A stretch of 64,000 bases of DNA from a virus (taxonomy: Duplodnaviria > Heunggongvirae > Uroviricota > Caudoviricetes). The notes below the pieces were generated by a model. That model searched no databases. It was not told the DNA's origin and saw only the letters and a list, made by a program, of their open reading frames with translations. Made by a program: the position numbers and the translations under genes. The stretch lies in the IMG/VR virus record IMGVR_UViG_3300023371_004649; one strand, written 5' to 3'. Below are positions 1 through 8,901 of the stretch, piece after piece. Each line of letters opens with the position of its first letter. The stretch's first letter is position 1.

Positions 1-2
1 AA

Positions 3-191
3 TATGATGCATTTATGAAAGTTATCAATTCTATGGAAAAGATGGGTCCTTATACTGCAGGAATCATTATTAAAGACCTGACTGCCGAAAGAGAAGCCAA
101 TTTAGAAAGTGCTCGTCAGGCTGTTGAAGAGGAGCGCAACCGCTTCCCCACTTCTATGCAGATGGCCTTCGCCGCCGCACAGAAAAAGTAA
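3..191 (+). CDS. hypothetical protein, 3' end of a gene that starts before the window
   Basis: Open frame runs from the window edge to a TAA at 189-191 and is followed by a strong terminator. Confidence 0.4.
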   Translation, partial: YDAFMKVINSMEKMGPYTAGIIIKDLTAEREANLESARQAVEEERNRFPTSMQMAFAAAQKK

Positions 192-196
192 AACAA

Positions 197-226
197 AAAC
201 CCGAATCTTTAGATTCGGGTTTTTTA
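197..226. terminator. bidirectional rho-independent terminator
   Basis: acccgaatc-ttt-agattcgggt hairpin followed by TTTTT; sits between convergent genes. Confidence 0.6.
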
Positions 227-228
227 TA

Positions 229-930
229 TTATATGGTTCTGCTATATTCTAATAGCCCTTTTGTGTGTTTTAACTTAGCAAGGGCTCTCTTTTCTATCTG
301 TTGAACTCTTTGTTTTGAAACCCCAAGTTTTAAACTAATTTCATCGTATGTCACTAATACTCCTGGATTAGAAAAATATCGTTCAAAAATAACGTCTCTT
401 TCTCTTGGTTTAAGAGTAGCAATAGCCTGTCTAACCATAATTTCAATATCTTCCTTCTCAATATTTTTATCAAGAGGCTCATTATCCGTAGCTAAAGTAT
501 CTATTAGACAACCATCTTCATCAGTATCTCCTATAGGAGCATATAAAGAAACATTTTCGGGGTATAAAACACCTATAACATCACTTACTTTTAGCCCCAA
601 TTTTTCAGCTATCATGTCAGGAGTAGCAACAACTCCACTTTCCTCAATCTCTCGTCTGGTAGCATAAATCTTTCCTCTGTTTTTCTTTGCAGCTCTTGAA
701 ACATTCAAATTAGATTCTATATATCGCTGCATTTTTTGTTTAATCCACCAAGTGGCATATGTACTAAAAGCATTCCCCATTTCTGGGTCGAATTTTTCGC
801 TTGCTCGAATTAGCCCCAGTACTCCTTCCTGAAATAAATCATCATACTCCAAATTCGATTTTGATGAATATTCATATGCTAATTTTCGTACCAGACCTAA
901 ATTTTCTTCTACAAGTGAAGTATTTTGCAT
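229..930 (-). CDS. RNA polymerase sigma factor, sigma-70 family (group 3 / SigF-SigG-like, 233 aa)
   Basis: Region 2 motif FSTYATWWIKQ and a region 4.2 HTH (LSLKLGVSKQRVQQIEKRALAKLK). RBS AAGGAGAG. The conserved TATGTTATAAT promoter lies upstream on the minus strand. Confidence 0.75.
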   Translation of the reverse strand: MQNTSLVEENLGLVRKLAYEYSSKSNLEYDDLFQEGVLGLIRASEKFDPEMGNAFSTYATWWIKQKMQRYIESNLNVSRAAKKNRGKIYATRREIEESGVVATPDMIAEKLGLKVSDVIGVLYPENVSLYAPIGDTDEDGCLIDTLATDNEPLDKNIEKEDIEIMVRQAIATLKPRERDVIFERYFSNPGVLVTYDEISLKLGVSKQRVQQIEKRALAKLKHTKGLLEYSRTI

Positions 931-1020
931 TTAACCATCACTCTCCTTGGGCAAATTATTTTACACAAATTATAACATAAAAAATGTTTAAAATCAAGTG
1001 TCCACAGGTCGAAGTTTGCC

Positions 1021-1254
1021 TTAGCGAATTTGGATATGTAATCCCAAAGTAGAAAAGTCATACATTTGTGTAGTATATAACTCTCTTAATATTTCCTCAG
1101 CAATATTTGCATTAATATTTTCAACTAAAACTTCACTTTTTTCGAGAGTTGGGTCTGCAATAGAAAACCACAAAGTCCTGTCATCATTATTATAAATACC
1201 AATTGAAATATTAGCCAAGCAAAGGCCATATTCACCCATATAAAGAATTCTCAT
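1021..1254 (-). CDS. hypothetical protein (77 aa)
   Basis: ORF with a GGAGGG RBS upstream; no recognisable motifs. Confidence 0.4.
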   Translation of the reverse strand: MRILYMGEYGLCLANISIGIYNNDDRTLWFSIADPTLEKSEVLVENINANIAEEILRELYTTQMYDFSTLGLHIQIR

Positions 1255-1473
1255 ATCGTCCCTCCTGTATAAAGTTATTTGATATATTATATGCCAAACA
1301 ATTTTTACTTACTTGTTTTTGCAGTGCTGGAAACTTCACAACCAAATTATTTTACACGAAACCTTTCTTTTCTTTTTTGATATTTATATTTTGAATATTT
1401 TAATTATATAATTTAGTATCTCATTAGTCAATACAAATGGCAGAGAAATTTTAAATTTAAAGGAGATTTTTCT

Positions 1474-1947
1474 ATGATGGAAATCAAAAACATGAACAAG
1501 GTTAACAAGGGTGGTATTGCAGCTACTGGTACTGTTGTGATGACTGAGGAGGTCTACATCAACGACATTGCAGTACTCGAAGGTAAGAACGGCATCTATA
1601 TCGATATGTCCTACAGCTATAAGAGCGGCGACGAATGGAAGAAGACCAACTACGCAGTTCCTGTCTCTCCCGAAGCTCACGCAGAGATTATGGCTGCAGT
1701 GCAGGAAGCCATTGATAATGGCAAGATGCGCGCTGTTTCCACTGAGAAGAGACCCACTTTGAAGGGCTATGTGAATATCAAGGCCAAGAACGTCAGTATC
1801 CGTGTGTCCTTTACTGACAAGGGTCAGGTAATCACTCCTTCCAGACAGTACGAAAAGAATGGTGAGACCAAGTATGCTCACTATGTCGGCATCTCTAAGG
1901 AGCAGGCCGAATCCATTGCCGAAGCTTTCAAGGCAGCTATGGATTAA
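1474..1947 (+). CDS. SpoVG-family protein, apparent tandem SpoVG-like halves
   Basis: GKNGIYIDMSYSYKSGDEWKKTNYAVPVSPEAHAEIMAAVQEA resembles the SpoVG core (GNNGLFVAMP..DGEFRDIAHPI). The second half repeats the pattern. RBS AAAGGAG. GC-richer codon usage than the neighbours. Confidence 0.55.
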   Translation: MMEIKNMNKVNKGGIAATGTVVMTEEVYINDIAVLEGKNGIYIDMSYSYKSGDEWKKTNYAVPVSPEAHAEIMAAVQEAIDNGKMRAVSTEKRPTLKGYVNIKAKNVSIRVSFTDKGQVITPSRQYEKNGETKYAHYVGISKEQAESIAEAFKAAMD

Positions 1948-1954
1948 CTTTTCT

Positions 1955-1985
1955 GAGACATCCTTCGGGATGTCTCCTTTTTATT
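1955..1985 (+). terminator. rho-independent terminator
   Basis: gagacatcc-ttcg-ggatgtctc hairpin followed by a T-run. Confidence 0.55.
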
Positions 1986-2133
1986 CTTTTATATCGATAT
2001 GCTTTTATCTTTATTTTTTTATAAAAATATGATATAATATACATTAGTCACAAAAAATGTGTAAAATTTTTGTAATTAAAAACAAATCATATAGTAAATT
2101 TTACCAATCTTATTTTTATAAAGGAGCGATAAA

Positions 2134-3195
2134 ATGAGAAAGTTTCTTGTGTTATGCCCTATTTTAATATTTATCCTTACAGGCTGTATGAGTAAAGAAG
2201 TAATAGAAAGTCATATTAGCTATTATGAAGGAATAATTAAAAGTGTTAGTGAGAACACATTGGTTTTAGAAACTCCAGACAACCAAACAATATCTTTCAT
2301 TGCGAATAGAACATCTGCTATAAAAGATGTAGAAGTAAATGATATAGTATATATTGAATGCGAAGAAAGCGCTTCTCTAAATACTAAAAATATTATAAGA
2401 ATAGATATTTTAGAAGATAGCATAGAGGTAAATCTCTTTTCTCGTATGATTTACATTCACGATAATATTTATGTTGAAAGTCTTCCTGCAGATAGAGAAG
2501 AACGAGAAGGCATTATCGATGGAATAATCGATACTACTGTATTAAAAAATCAAAAACCAACTCTACATAACCAATCAAATTTTGGAGTTGGTTATGAATA
2601 TAAAATGATTGATAGCGAAAGAGTAGATGTGCTAATAGATAATCAATGGATAAAGTTTATCAAACTTTCAGATAATACTATTTATTACAATACATACGCC
2701 TTTAAAAAATCTGAACTGTCTTCCGATACTATAAAATGGTTAGAAAAATATAATGAATTATCTGATGTTGAAAAACAAGCTATTAGCTTTGTACCAAACG
2801 AATTAACTTCAAATGCTGCAATGGCAGTAACTCATGCTAGAATATATCATGATATGTCCATCGAAATAGAAGGTGGAAACATTCATATAGATGTAGAAAG
2901 TTTTGAAATTAATCGAGAAACTCAGAATTTTATTATAAATATAAATATAACCAATGAAACGAATAGTGATTATACAATATCAGAAAAGGATATCCAATTA
3001 GTGAAAATGGAAAAGACGAGCGATGGATTTCTTACTGTTTATCCTAATAAAAACGAATCTTCTGCTTTGACTTTAATTCCATCATCAAGTTCAATTCAAG
3101 GAACATTAATTTTTAAAACATCTATTAATTTCGACAATTATGAAATATTGCTTCAAACAAACAATGGAATGTATAGACTCCAAAATATAACTTAA
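2134..3195 (+). CDS. lipoprotein (353 aa), function unknown
   Basis: Signal peptide with lipobox ILTGC; RBS AAAGGAG; own conserved promoter at about 2020. Confidence 0.6.
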   Translation: MRKFLVLCPILIFILTGCMSKEVIESHISYYEGIIKSVSENTLVLETPDNQTISFIANRTSAIKDVEVNDIVYIECEESASLNTKNIIRIDILEDSIEVNLFSRMIYIHDNIYVESLPADREEREGIIDGIIDTTVLKNQKPTLHNQSNFGVGYEYKMIDSERVDVLIDNQWIKFIKLSDNTIYYNTYAFKKSELSSDTIKWLEKYNELSDVEKQAISFVPNELTSNAAMAVTHARIYHDMSIEIEGGNIHIDVESFEINRETQNFIININITNETNSDYTISEKDIQLVKMEKTSDGFLTVYPNKNESSALTLIPSSSSIQGTLIFKTSINFDNYEILLQTNNGMYRLQNIT

Positions 3196-3203
3196 AATAT
3201 TTT

Positions 3204-3237
3204 AAGTCCCACAAATTTTATTTGTGGGACTTTTTTG
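3204..3237 (+). terminator. rho-independent terminator
   Basis: gtcccacaaa-tttta-tttgtgggac hairpin followed by TTTTTT. Confidence 0.55.
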
Positions 3238-3432
3238 TCCTTGATTTCTTTGTATAAATATGTTATACTTTCCGTATAAAAATAATTTTTGGAGTGGTTA
3301 TGTGAAAATACTCGACTTTAAAAATGTGTGGAGATACAAATTTAAATTTCACGCTAAATGGAATATAAGAATTTGATTATAAACTTCTTTTTATCTTTCC
3401 CACAAAAATAAAAATAAAGAGAGGTTTTTAAA

Positions 3433-4851
3433 TTGAAAAAATTTATGTTGATTTTACCTATAATAATTGTTTTAGTAATATGGTTTATCCCAGCTAAAGA
3501 ATCTTCTATCGAAGAATTACAAACAGGAGAAATTATTGAGGAAGAAATCGTTGATAAATTGGCCGAAGCTGCATCAGATAACGAAATAGAAACAGTAAAA
3601 AAAGAAATCCCCAGAAAAGAAAAGCTAATAATTAAAACTCCTATAATCAAGAACTTGACGAATAACAAAAAAGTCGATTTTAAAACATTTAATCCTTCGC
3701 ATAATTTATTGGTAAGTAATGCCCTAAAACAAGAGCATGAAACTCCGTCCAATTTTTCATTCAACGAAAATAATAATTGGTCTTTAGACTTTCTTATTTG
3801 GTTAATACATCAAACAAATAAAAATACTCCTAATTATATAAAAACTGATACGTTTAGAAATTACGAAGAATTTTATGAATATATAGCAATGCATCCCAAT
3901 TATTATCCAGGAAATAAATCATGTATCCCAGATATAGGAGATTTTATTATATATGACAATAATTTAGATGGATATTTTGACGAAATTTCTATTGTCTCAA
4001 GCTATTCAAATAATAAAATAACTGATATCTCAGGTAATAGATGGTGCGAAAAACACTCCCAATATGAAGTGATTACTTATACTCAAGATATTAATAATAA
4101 ACATATTTTAGGTATCTACAAACCACAATATAATCTAACTCGATTAGACGATTTTCACGACATTGAAAAAATAGGATTAACCTTTAACGGAGTAGATACC
4201 GTTGTCCCAATAACAAAGGAAGAATACGTAAAAGTATTAGCAGAAAACGGGATAGAACTCATTGCCAGATATATTAACCCAGAAGGAAGAACCCCTTTGA
4301 GTATAGAAGAAGTAAAGCTGTTTTCTAAATACGGAATTAGAACAATGATGATATACCAAATTAATAAATCTGACCCATATAAAGGTTATGACACAGGTTA
4401 CGAATTTGGAACAAAAGCTTTAGAATATGCTCAAAATTTAAAAGCCCCTAAAGGTATGCCAATATTCTTTTGTTGTGATTGCAATAACAATTTTGCAAGT
4501 TTTGCAAAAGTAGGAGAATTTATAAATGGCGTTAAAGATGCTATGAACGGAGAATATACCGTTGGTCTATATGGTGGATTTTATACCACAGAAGCCTTGC
4601 ATAATTCGGGCGTTATAGACGCTTATTGGCAATGTTGGGGATTTAGTGACAGATATTTATCAGACAATTACGATATTATCCAATATACAACTGGAAGATA
4701 TTTTTTTAACGAAATCCCATACCAGTTTGACGCAAATAATGTAAAAAATATTGAAAAAATCTCTTTTATTTTGGAGGACGAAAATGGAAGGATTGAAAAA
4801 TTGCCCATTTTGCAACGGGACGGCGAGAAAATTCTCATTGAGGACCGTTAA
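3433..4851 (+). CDS. membrane-anchored putative cell-wall hydrolase (glycoside-hydrolase-like DUF1906/Rv2525c-like C-terminal domain, possible CHAP-like N-terminal part)
   Basis: N-terminal TM helix. The C-terminal region (GVDTVVPITKEEYVKVLAENGIELIARYINPEG...IRTMMIYQ) fits the Rv2525c-like glycoside-hydrolase-like pattern. TTG start with RBS AGAGAGG. Confidence 0.4.
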   Translation: MKKFMLILPIIIVLVIWFIPAKESSIEELQTGEIIEEEIVDKLAEAASDNEIETVKKEIPRKEKLIIKTPIIKNLTNNKKVDFKTFNPSHNLLVSNALKQEHETPSNFSFNENNNWSLDFLIWLIHQTNKNTPNYIKTDTFRNYEEFYEYIAMHPNYYPGNKSCIPDIGDFIIYDNNLDGYFDEISIVSSYSNNKITDISGNRWCEKHSQYEVITYTQDINNKHILGIYKPQYNLTRLDDFHDIEKIGLTFNGVDTVVPITKEEYVKVLAENGIELIARYINPEGRTPLSIEEVKLFSKYGIRTMMIYQINKSDPYKGYDTGYEFGTKALEYAQNLKAPKGMPIFFCCDCNNNFASFAKVGEFINGVKDAMNGEYTVGLYGGFYTTEALHNSGVIDAYWQCWGFSDRYLSDNYDIIQYTTGRYFFNEIPYQFDANNVKNIEKISFILEDENGRIEKLPILQRDGEKILIEDR

Positions 4852-4993
4852 TTATATACATAAAGCCACATATGCCGCAGAAGTAGGCTGTGACAAATGT
4901 AACGCATTGATGATAGGTACAGGTTTAACTCCTGAGGAGGCCTGGAAAAATGCGTATATATCTTGGAATAAAAGAGTTAAGCCAGGGAAATAA
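4784..4993 (+). CDS. Lar-family restriction alleviation protein-like (69 aa)
   Basis: NCPFCNG zinc-ribbon motif and C-terminal EEAWKNAYISWNKR, typical of Lar/Ral-like small proteins. Internal ATG at 4784 with RBS GGAGGA. Overlaps the 3' end of the upstream gene. Confidence 0.5.
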   Translation: MEGLKNCPFCNGTARKFSLRTVNYIHKATYAAEVGCDKCNALMIGTGLTPEEAWKNAYISWNKRVKPGK

Positions 4994-5007
4994 TCCCTGG
5001 CTTTTTC

Positions 5008-5037
5008 TTGACTTATATATTAAAATATGTTATAATA
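5008..5037 (+). promoter_or_regulatory. sigma-70-type promoter (TTGACT-N17-TATAAT with extended TG)
   Basis: TTGACT at 5008-5013 and TATAAT at 5031-5036. One of more than 30 copies of the conserved aaatATGTTATAATat element. Confidence 0.5.
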
Positions 5038-5070
5038 TATACAAGAAAAAGTATAAGAAGGAGAAAATAT

Positions 5071-5613
5071 ATGAGAGATTTATTTATTGGCGACCTCCAT
5101 TTTTATGACGAAAACATTATTAAATATGAAAATAGACCATTTAAGTCTGTAGAAGAAATGAATACAACACTAATCAATAATTGGAATAGTGTAGCGTCTC
5201 ATCACGATAGAATCTTTGTTGTCGGAGATTTTATTTCTATGGATTACTGTACTGGTCCAGAAGCTACAGATATTATTAACAAACTGAATGGTCATATTGT
5301 TTTAATTGTCGGAAATCACGATAAAAATTATCTTGATTTTTATAGAGAGTTTTTTATAGATAAAATTGAAATCATTGAATTCCCAATTATTTGGGATAAC
5401 TTCTGGATGGTTTCTCACGAGCCAATGTATATCACAGAAAACTCTCCATATGCAAATATTTTTGCACACATTCACAATAATCCAATGTACAAAACAGTAA
5501 GTAAGCGTTCTTTCTGTGTAAGCGCAGAAAGATTAGATTATACCCCAATTGAAGGAATTAAGATTAAAGAAGCTGTTTTTGCGGCAAATAAGGAGGAAAA
5601 ATATGAGATTTGA
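5071..5613 (+). CDS. calcineurin-like metallophosphoesterase
   Basis: FIGDLHF, VVGDFIS and GNHD motifs; RBS AAGGAGAAA before the ATG at 5071. Confidence 0.65.
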   Translation: MRDLFIGDLHFYDENIIKYENRPFKSVEEMNTTLINNWNSVASHHDRIFVVGDFISMDYCTGPEATDIINKLNGHIVLIVGNHDKNYLDFYREFFIDKIEIIEFPIIWDNFWMVSHEPMYITENSPYANIFAHIHNNPMYKTVSKRSFCVSAERLDYTPIEGIKIKEAVFAANKEEKYEI

Positions 5614-6319
5614 TGGCGATATTATTATAACTGACCCCTGTTATATTATTAATAAAAATAATGATGACCGATTTGATGAAAACGGTCATTGTAAGGGTCC
5701 TTCTTGGTGGGATTTTATAAGTAAAACAACTACAGAAGAAGTAAGTGATGGAAATGGAAAGACTTGGACTCGCTACAATATGCCTAAACCTGAAGATTAT
5801 CCCGATTGCCGAGAAAAAACTCTCGATGATTGCAAAGAAGATATTGATAAAACCATTATGAAAGCAGAAATATTGCTGGGTAAAAAGGCAAAAATGTTTT
5901 CTCCTACCCTTCAAGCAGAATGGGATGCTTATCGCAAAGCAGAAGAGGAATACAATAGCGTTTATCATGACGATTGGTCGCGTTGTGGTTGCGGCGAAGA
6001 TATGTCTGTATTAGGACTAAAAACCTGGATGACAGCTGATACTATTTATGGCGACTGGAGCTGCACTACCTTTAATTCTGATACAAAAGAAAAGATTGGA
6101 GAATTTTGCGCAGATGCTGGTATGGTAGGAGTATTTTTGCTTGATGAAGTGCTAAAATACAACCCCAAATTTAACTATCACACCGAACGTCTTTGGACTA
6201 CTACGTTAATTAAAGATTTCCATGGAAACATCGAAATTAAAGTTAAGGAAGATGGCGAAACGGTTTATGTTGAAGGTATGGGAAATATAAATTTTCTCAC
6301 CGCTCAAACAGGACTCTAA
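5603..6319 (+). CDS. hypothetical Cys-rich protein (238 aa)
   Basis: ATG at 5603 with RBS AAGGAGGAAAAAT; overlaps the upstream gene by 11 nt (translational coupling). Confidence 0.45.
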   Translation: MRFDGDIIITDPCYIINKNNDDRFDENGHCKGPSWWDFISKTTTEEVSDGNGKTWTRYNMPKPEDYPDCREKTLDDCKEDIDKTIMKAEILLGKKAKMFSPTLQAEWDAYRKAEEEYNSVYHDDWSRCGCGEDMSVLGLKTWMTADTIYGDWSCTTFNSDTKEKIGEFCADAGMVGVFLLDEVLKYNPKFNYHTERLWTTTLIKDFHGNIEIKVKEDGETVYVEGMGNINFLTAQTGL

Positions 6320-6354
6320 AACCTATATCCCAATTAAGTTATAGAAAACAAAAA

Positions 6355-6388
6355 CATGGTATACAATAATTGTATACCATGTTTTTTC
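6355..6388 (+). terminator. rho-independent terminator
   Basis: catggtatacaa-taat-tgtataccatg hairpin followed by TTTTTTC. Confidence 0.55.
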
Positions 6389-6408
6389 TTATAGAAGGGG
6401 GTTTATAT

Positions 6409-7122
6409 ATGTCAATATTCCTATCATCTGTGTCGATAGTTACAGGCTTAATTTTTTCTAAGTTATGTTCGTTAGAAAAATTTAATTTTAAAGATTTAAA
6501 TAAAATCAAAAAAATAAAAACAAAAGTAGTTTTAAGTGAAACCATCCCAAATGGAGATGATGATAGCTATCCTGTTTATTACAACAAATATGAATTTGAA
6601 TCGAAAGAAAATAAAAATAATATTTCTGATATCTCAAATAAAAAGTTACTCCCAGGAGACGAGTATTCTTTTTATGTTATAAAGAATAAAGATAAGTATG
6701 AAATTATAAACATAGAAGATAGAGATAGAAAAATTAAAAATCTTTTATATTCAATATTCTTTTTTTCAGTTGGAATCTTAGGAATAATATCAAAACTTCA
6801 TCCAACAACAAAACCAATGATTGATAATTTTATTTTTGTACCAGGCAGCATTTTCATTATTTCTGCAATTGTTGGACAAATAGTTACCAACACTATTTCT
6901 AATTCAATAAAAAACAAAAATACAGAATTGATTGACGCTAAAGTCGTTGATTTTGAAATACATTATAATGACAACTCAAAAGTGTGGAATCCAATTTGCG
7001 AATATAGAAGAAATGGTAAAATTGAAAGATATACAGACAAATCTTTTGATGGCAACTCTCACTACAAAAAATGGGATAGAATTAAAATTAATATCCCAAA
7101 AGAAGCAGTAAAAGCTAATTAA
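6409..7122 (+). CDS. membrane protein, unknown function
   Basis: Several hydrophobic segments; RBS GAAGGGGG before the ATG at 6409. Confidence 0.45.
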   Translation: MSIFLSSVSIVTGLIFSKLCSLEKFNFKDLNKIKKIKTKVVLSETIPNGDDDSYPVYYNKYEFESKENKNNISDISNKKLLPGDEYSFYVIKNKDKYEIINIEDRDRKIKNLLYSIFFFSVGILGIISKLHPTTKPMIDNFIFVPGSIFIISAIVGQIVTNTISNSIKNKNTELIDAKVVDFEIHYNDNSKVWNPICEYRRNGKIERYTDKSFDGNSHYKKWDRIKINIPKEAVKAN

Positions 7123-7180
7123 TATTGTTATACCCAATTATACCCACCGCCAATGAGATACAAAGGGGTATAATAGAAAA

Positions 7181-7213
7181 ACTCTCATCCAACTGGATGA
7201 GAGTTTTATTTTT
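7181..7213. terminator. bidirectional terminator
   Basis: actctcatcc-aactg-gatgagagt hairpin flanked by T-runs, between convergent genes. Confidence 0.5.
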
Positions 7214-8270
7214 AGCCGCAAGTGCCACTAAAAGAGCCACAACGACAAGATGAATAAGAGATTCCGCAACTGGAACCAATCCCACAACTCGAACTGGGAA
7301 TTTTAGTGGGATGAATAGTCGGCAACCCACAACCCTGACGTACGCCACAACTGCTACCAGTGAAAACTACAGAATCGTCAGACTTCTTAGGCTTAGAAGA
7401 ATCCTGGGCAGCTTCGTTGAAATAAGCATCTTTCTTAGCCTTTTTAGCAGAAGCCGCTGTAGGAATCAAACCGTCGAGGTCAGAAATGGGCTTTTTATCC
7501 CAATCGTATGCAACGAAACCATCAGGGAAGATGATAATATCGTTGATAATAACGGTATTGCCCACTTTCAGACTACTCTTTTCGAGACCACGATGGAAAG
7601 CAATGTTTTCTACGAACTTTACGGTGTCGCAAACATCACAGAACCCATGAGATGCAAATTCGTAATTATCAAAAAGATAATCAAGAATATTATCTCCAGA
7701 CATAGCATGAAGAGTTTCAGGCGTAGTCTTACGAAAATCCCTACGGAAACAAACTGTGACATTGGAATCATCCTTCCAACGGTCGATAATTGCTTTCACA
7801 TCTTCAATAGTGGTTTTATCCGTAATAACGGCATTGACCTTGATTGGAACACTGATTCCCTTAAATGCCCAGTCATCCACAATGTTATGAAAAAGCTTGC
7901 AGTCTTCGCTAAAAGATGTAGCATGACGAGAAATGTTGATACCAGTGATATCCCCATCATCACACAGCTCCTGAATCCCAAAAAAATTTTTCTGGGGAAG
8001 AGTTGTGTTGACATAGACATTTTTGTGCTTAGCAATTTCAATCAACTCGTACAGCTTATGGATGTCTGCTGTAGGTTCCCCGCCAGTAAATACTACGTCG
8101 GTAATACCAGGAATCTTGATAGCCTGCTGGAGAGCTGCCTTAACGGCTTCAAAATCCATCTTTGTCTTTGCATATTCCTTCTTGCTCGTACAGAACGGAC
8201 AAGTGTTTTCGCAATCATAAGGAACATACACAGTAATTGCCATGTTTGAACGGCCAAACTTAAATTTCAT
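7212..8270 (-). CDS. radical SAM enzyme (NrdG/PflA-activase-like N-terminal domain) with a C-terminal low-complexity linker and a Cys/Gly/Ser-rich tail
   Basis: CENTCPFC (Cx3Cx2C) close to the N-terminus and a TGGEPT SAM-binding motif. A lysine-rich linker precedes a tail SSCGVRQGCGLPTIHPTKIPSSSCGIGSSCGISYSSCRCGSFSGTCG. RBS AAAGAGG. Own promoter and terminator. Confidence 0.65.
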   Translation of the reverse strand: MKFKFGRSNMAITVYVPYDCENTCPFCTSKKEYAKTKMDFEAVKAALQQAIKIPGITDVVFTGGEPTADIHKLYELIEIAKHKNVYVNTTLPQKNFFGIQELCDDGDITGINISRHATSFSEDCKLFHNIVDDWAFKGISVPIKVNAVITDKTTIEDVKAIIDRWKDDSNVTVCFRRDFRKTTPETLHAMSGDNILDYLFDNYEFASHGFCDVCDTVKFVENIAFHRGLEKSSLKVGNTVIINDIIIFPDGFVAYDWDKKPISDLDGLIPTAASAKKAKKDAYFNEAAQDSSKPKKSDDSVVFTGSSCGVRQGCGLPTIHPTKIPSSSCGIGSSCGISYSSCRCGSFSGTCG

Positions 8271-8369
8271 ATTTTTATACCTCTTTCTTATTTTTTAGCC
8301 ATTTTTATTTTTTGCTTGATAATATATTATATGAATTACCAATAAATAATATATTTTAGATTTTTTATT

Positions 8370-8410
8370 TTGCACAAAGAAAAGGTTCTCATCAATTGAT
8401 GAGAACCTTG
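8370..8410 (-). terminator. rho-independent terminator
   Basis: aaggttctcatc-aatt-gatgagaacctt hairpin followed by a T-run on the minus strand. Confidence 0.5.
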
Positions 8411-8415
8411 ATTTA

Positions 8416-8889
8416 TTAGACGCTAAGAGGAATCTGAGGCATACCATACAAAATGGAACCAGTAGCCTCATGTCTGCCTTCTAAGGCATAGTCATCATCC
8501 TCATCAATATCGTCTTCATAACTGCCCCAAAAATCTTCTTCGAACCAGTTATCGTTTAGCAGCATTGCCGCAAAAAACAGCGCCTGATACTTTTCATAAT
8601 CTTCAGGACTTACATCGTGAGCCAAAAACTCAAGCTGAGAGCTTGTGCCACCCACATTACTAATACACATCTCTTTCCCAGAGAATTTTGCAAGATATGC
8701 CTTTGCTAGAGCGGGAGTAATAACTCCAGAACGCAATAGCACATCAGCGAACTTATCAGCGGTGTACCCCTGAGTCAAATATACGTCAAACACGGATTCA
8801 ACGTCGTCATCAACATCTTCCCACGCATAGTAACATATAAAAGTATATGCGTCCTGAATACTCTTAATTGTGTCTTCACAAAAGAACAT
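8416..8889 (-). CDS. hypothetical acidic protein (157 aa); last gene of a four-gene minus-strand operon
   Basis: ORF 12 nt after the NUDIX gene; acidic C-terminus. Confidence 0.5.
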   Translation of the reverse strand: MFFCEDTIKSIQDAYTFICYYAWEDVDDDVESVFDVYLTQGYTADKFADVLLRSGVITPALAKAYLAKFSGKEMCISNVGGTSSQLEFLAHDVSPEDYEKYQALFFAAMLLNDNWFEEDFWGSYEDDIDEDDDYALEGRHEATGSILYGMPQIPLSV

Positions 8890-8901
8890 AATATATCCTC
8901 C

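Noticed and set aside
1384-1881. 165-aa minus-strand ORF antisense to the SpoVG-like gene
   Set aside because: Entirely antisense to a better-supported gene with an RBS and recognisable motifs. No RBS or promoter of its own. Low-complexity product.
3354-3764. 136-aa minus-strand ORF overlapping the start of 3433..4851
   Set aside because: Antisense to the promoter, RBS and N-terminus of a better-supported gene; low-complexity product.
7311-8249. 312-aa plus-strand ORF (and smaller ones at 7796..8041 and 8023..8220) overlapping the radical-SAM gene
   Set aside because: Antisense shadow ORFs within a GC-richer gene; no start context or motifs. The minus-strand product has Cx3Cx2C and GGEP motifs.
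7212-8270. Calling the radical-SAM protein NrdG (anaerobic RNR activase)
   Set aside because: The motif spacing is NrdG/PflA-like, but the protein is twice as long, has a Cys-rich tail, and no nrdD (glycyl-radical RNR) lies nearby. Kept as a generic radical SAM.
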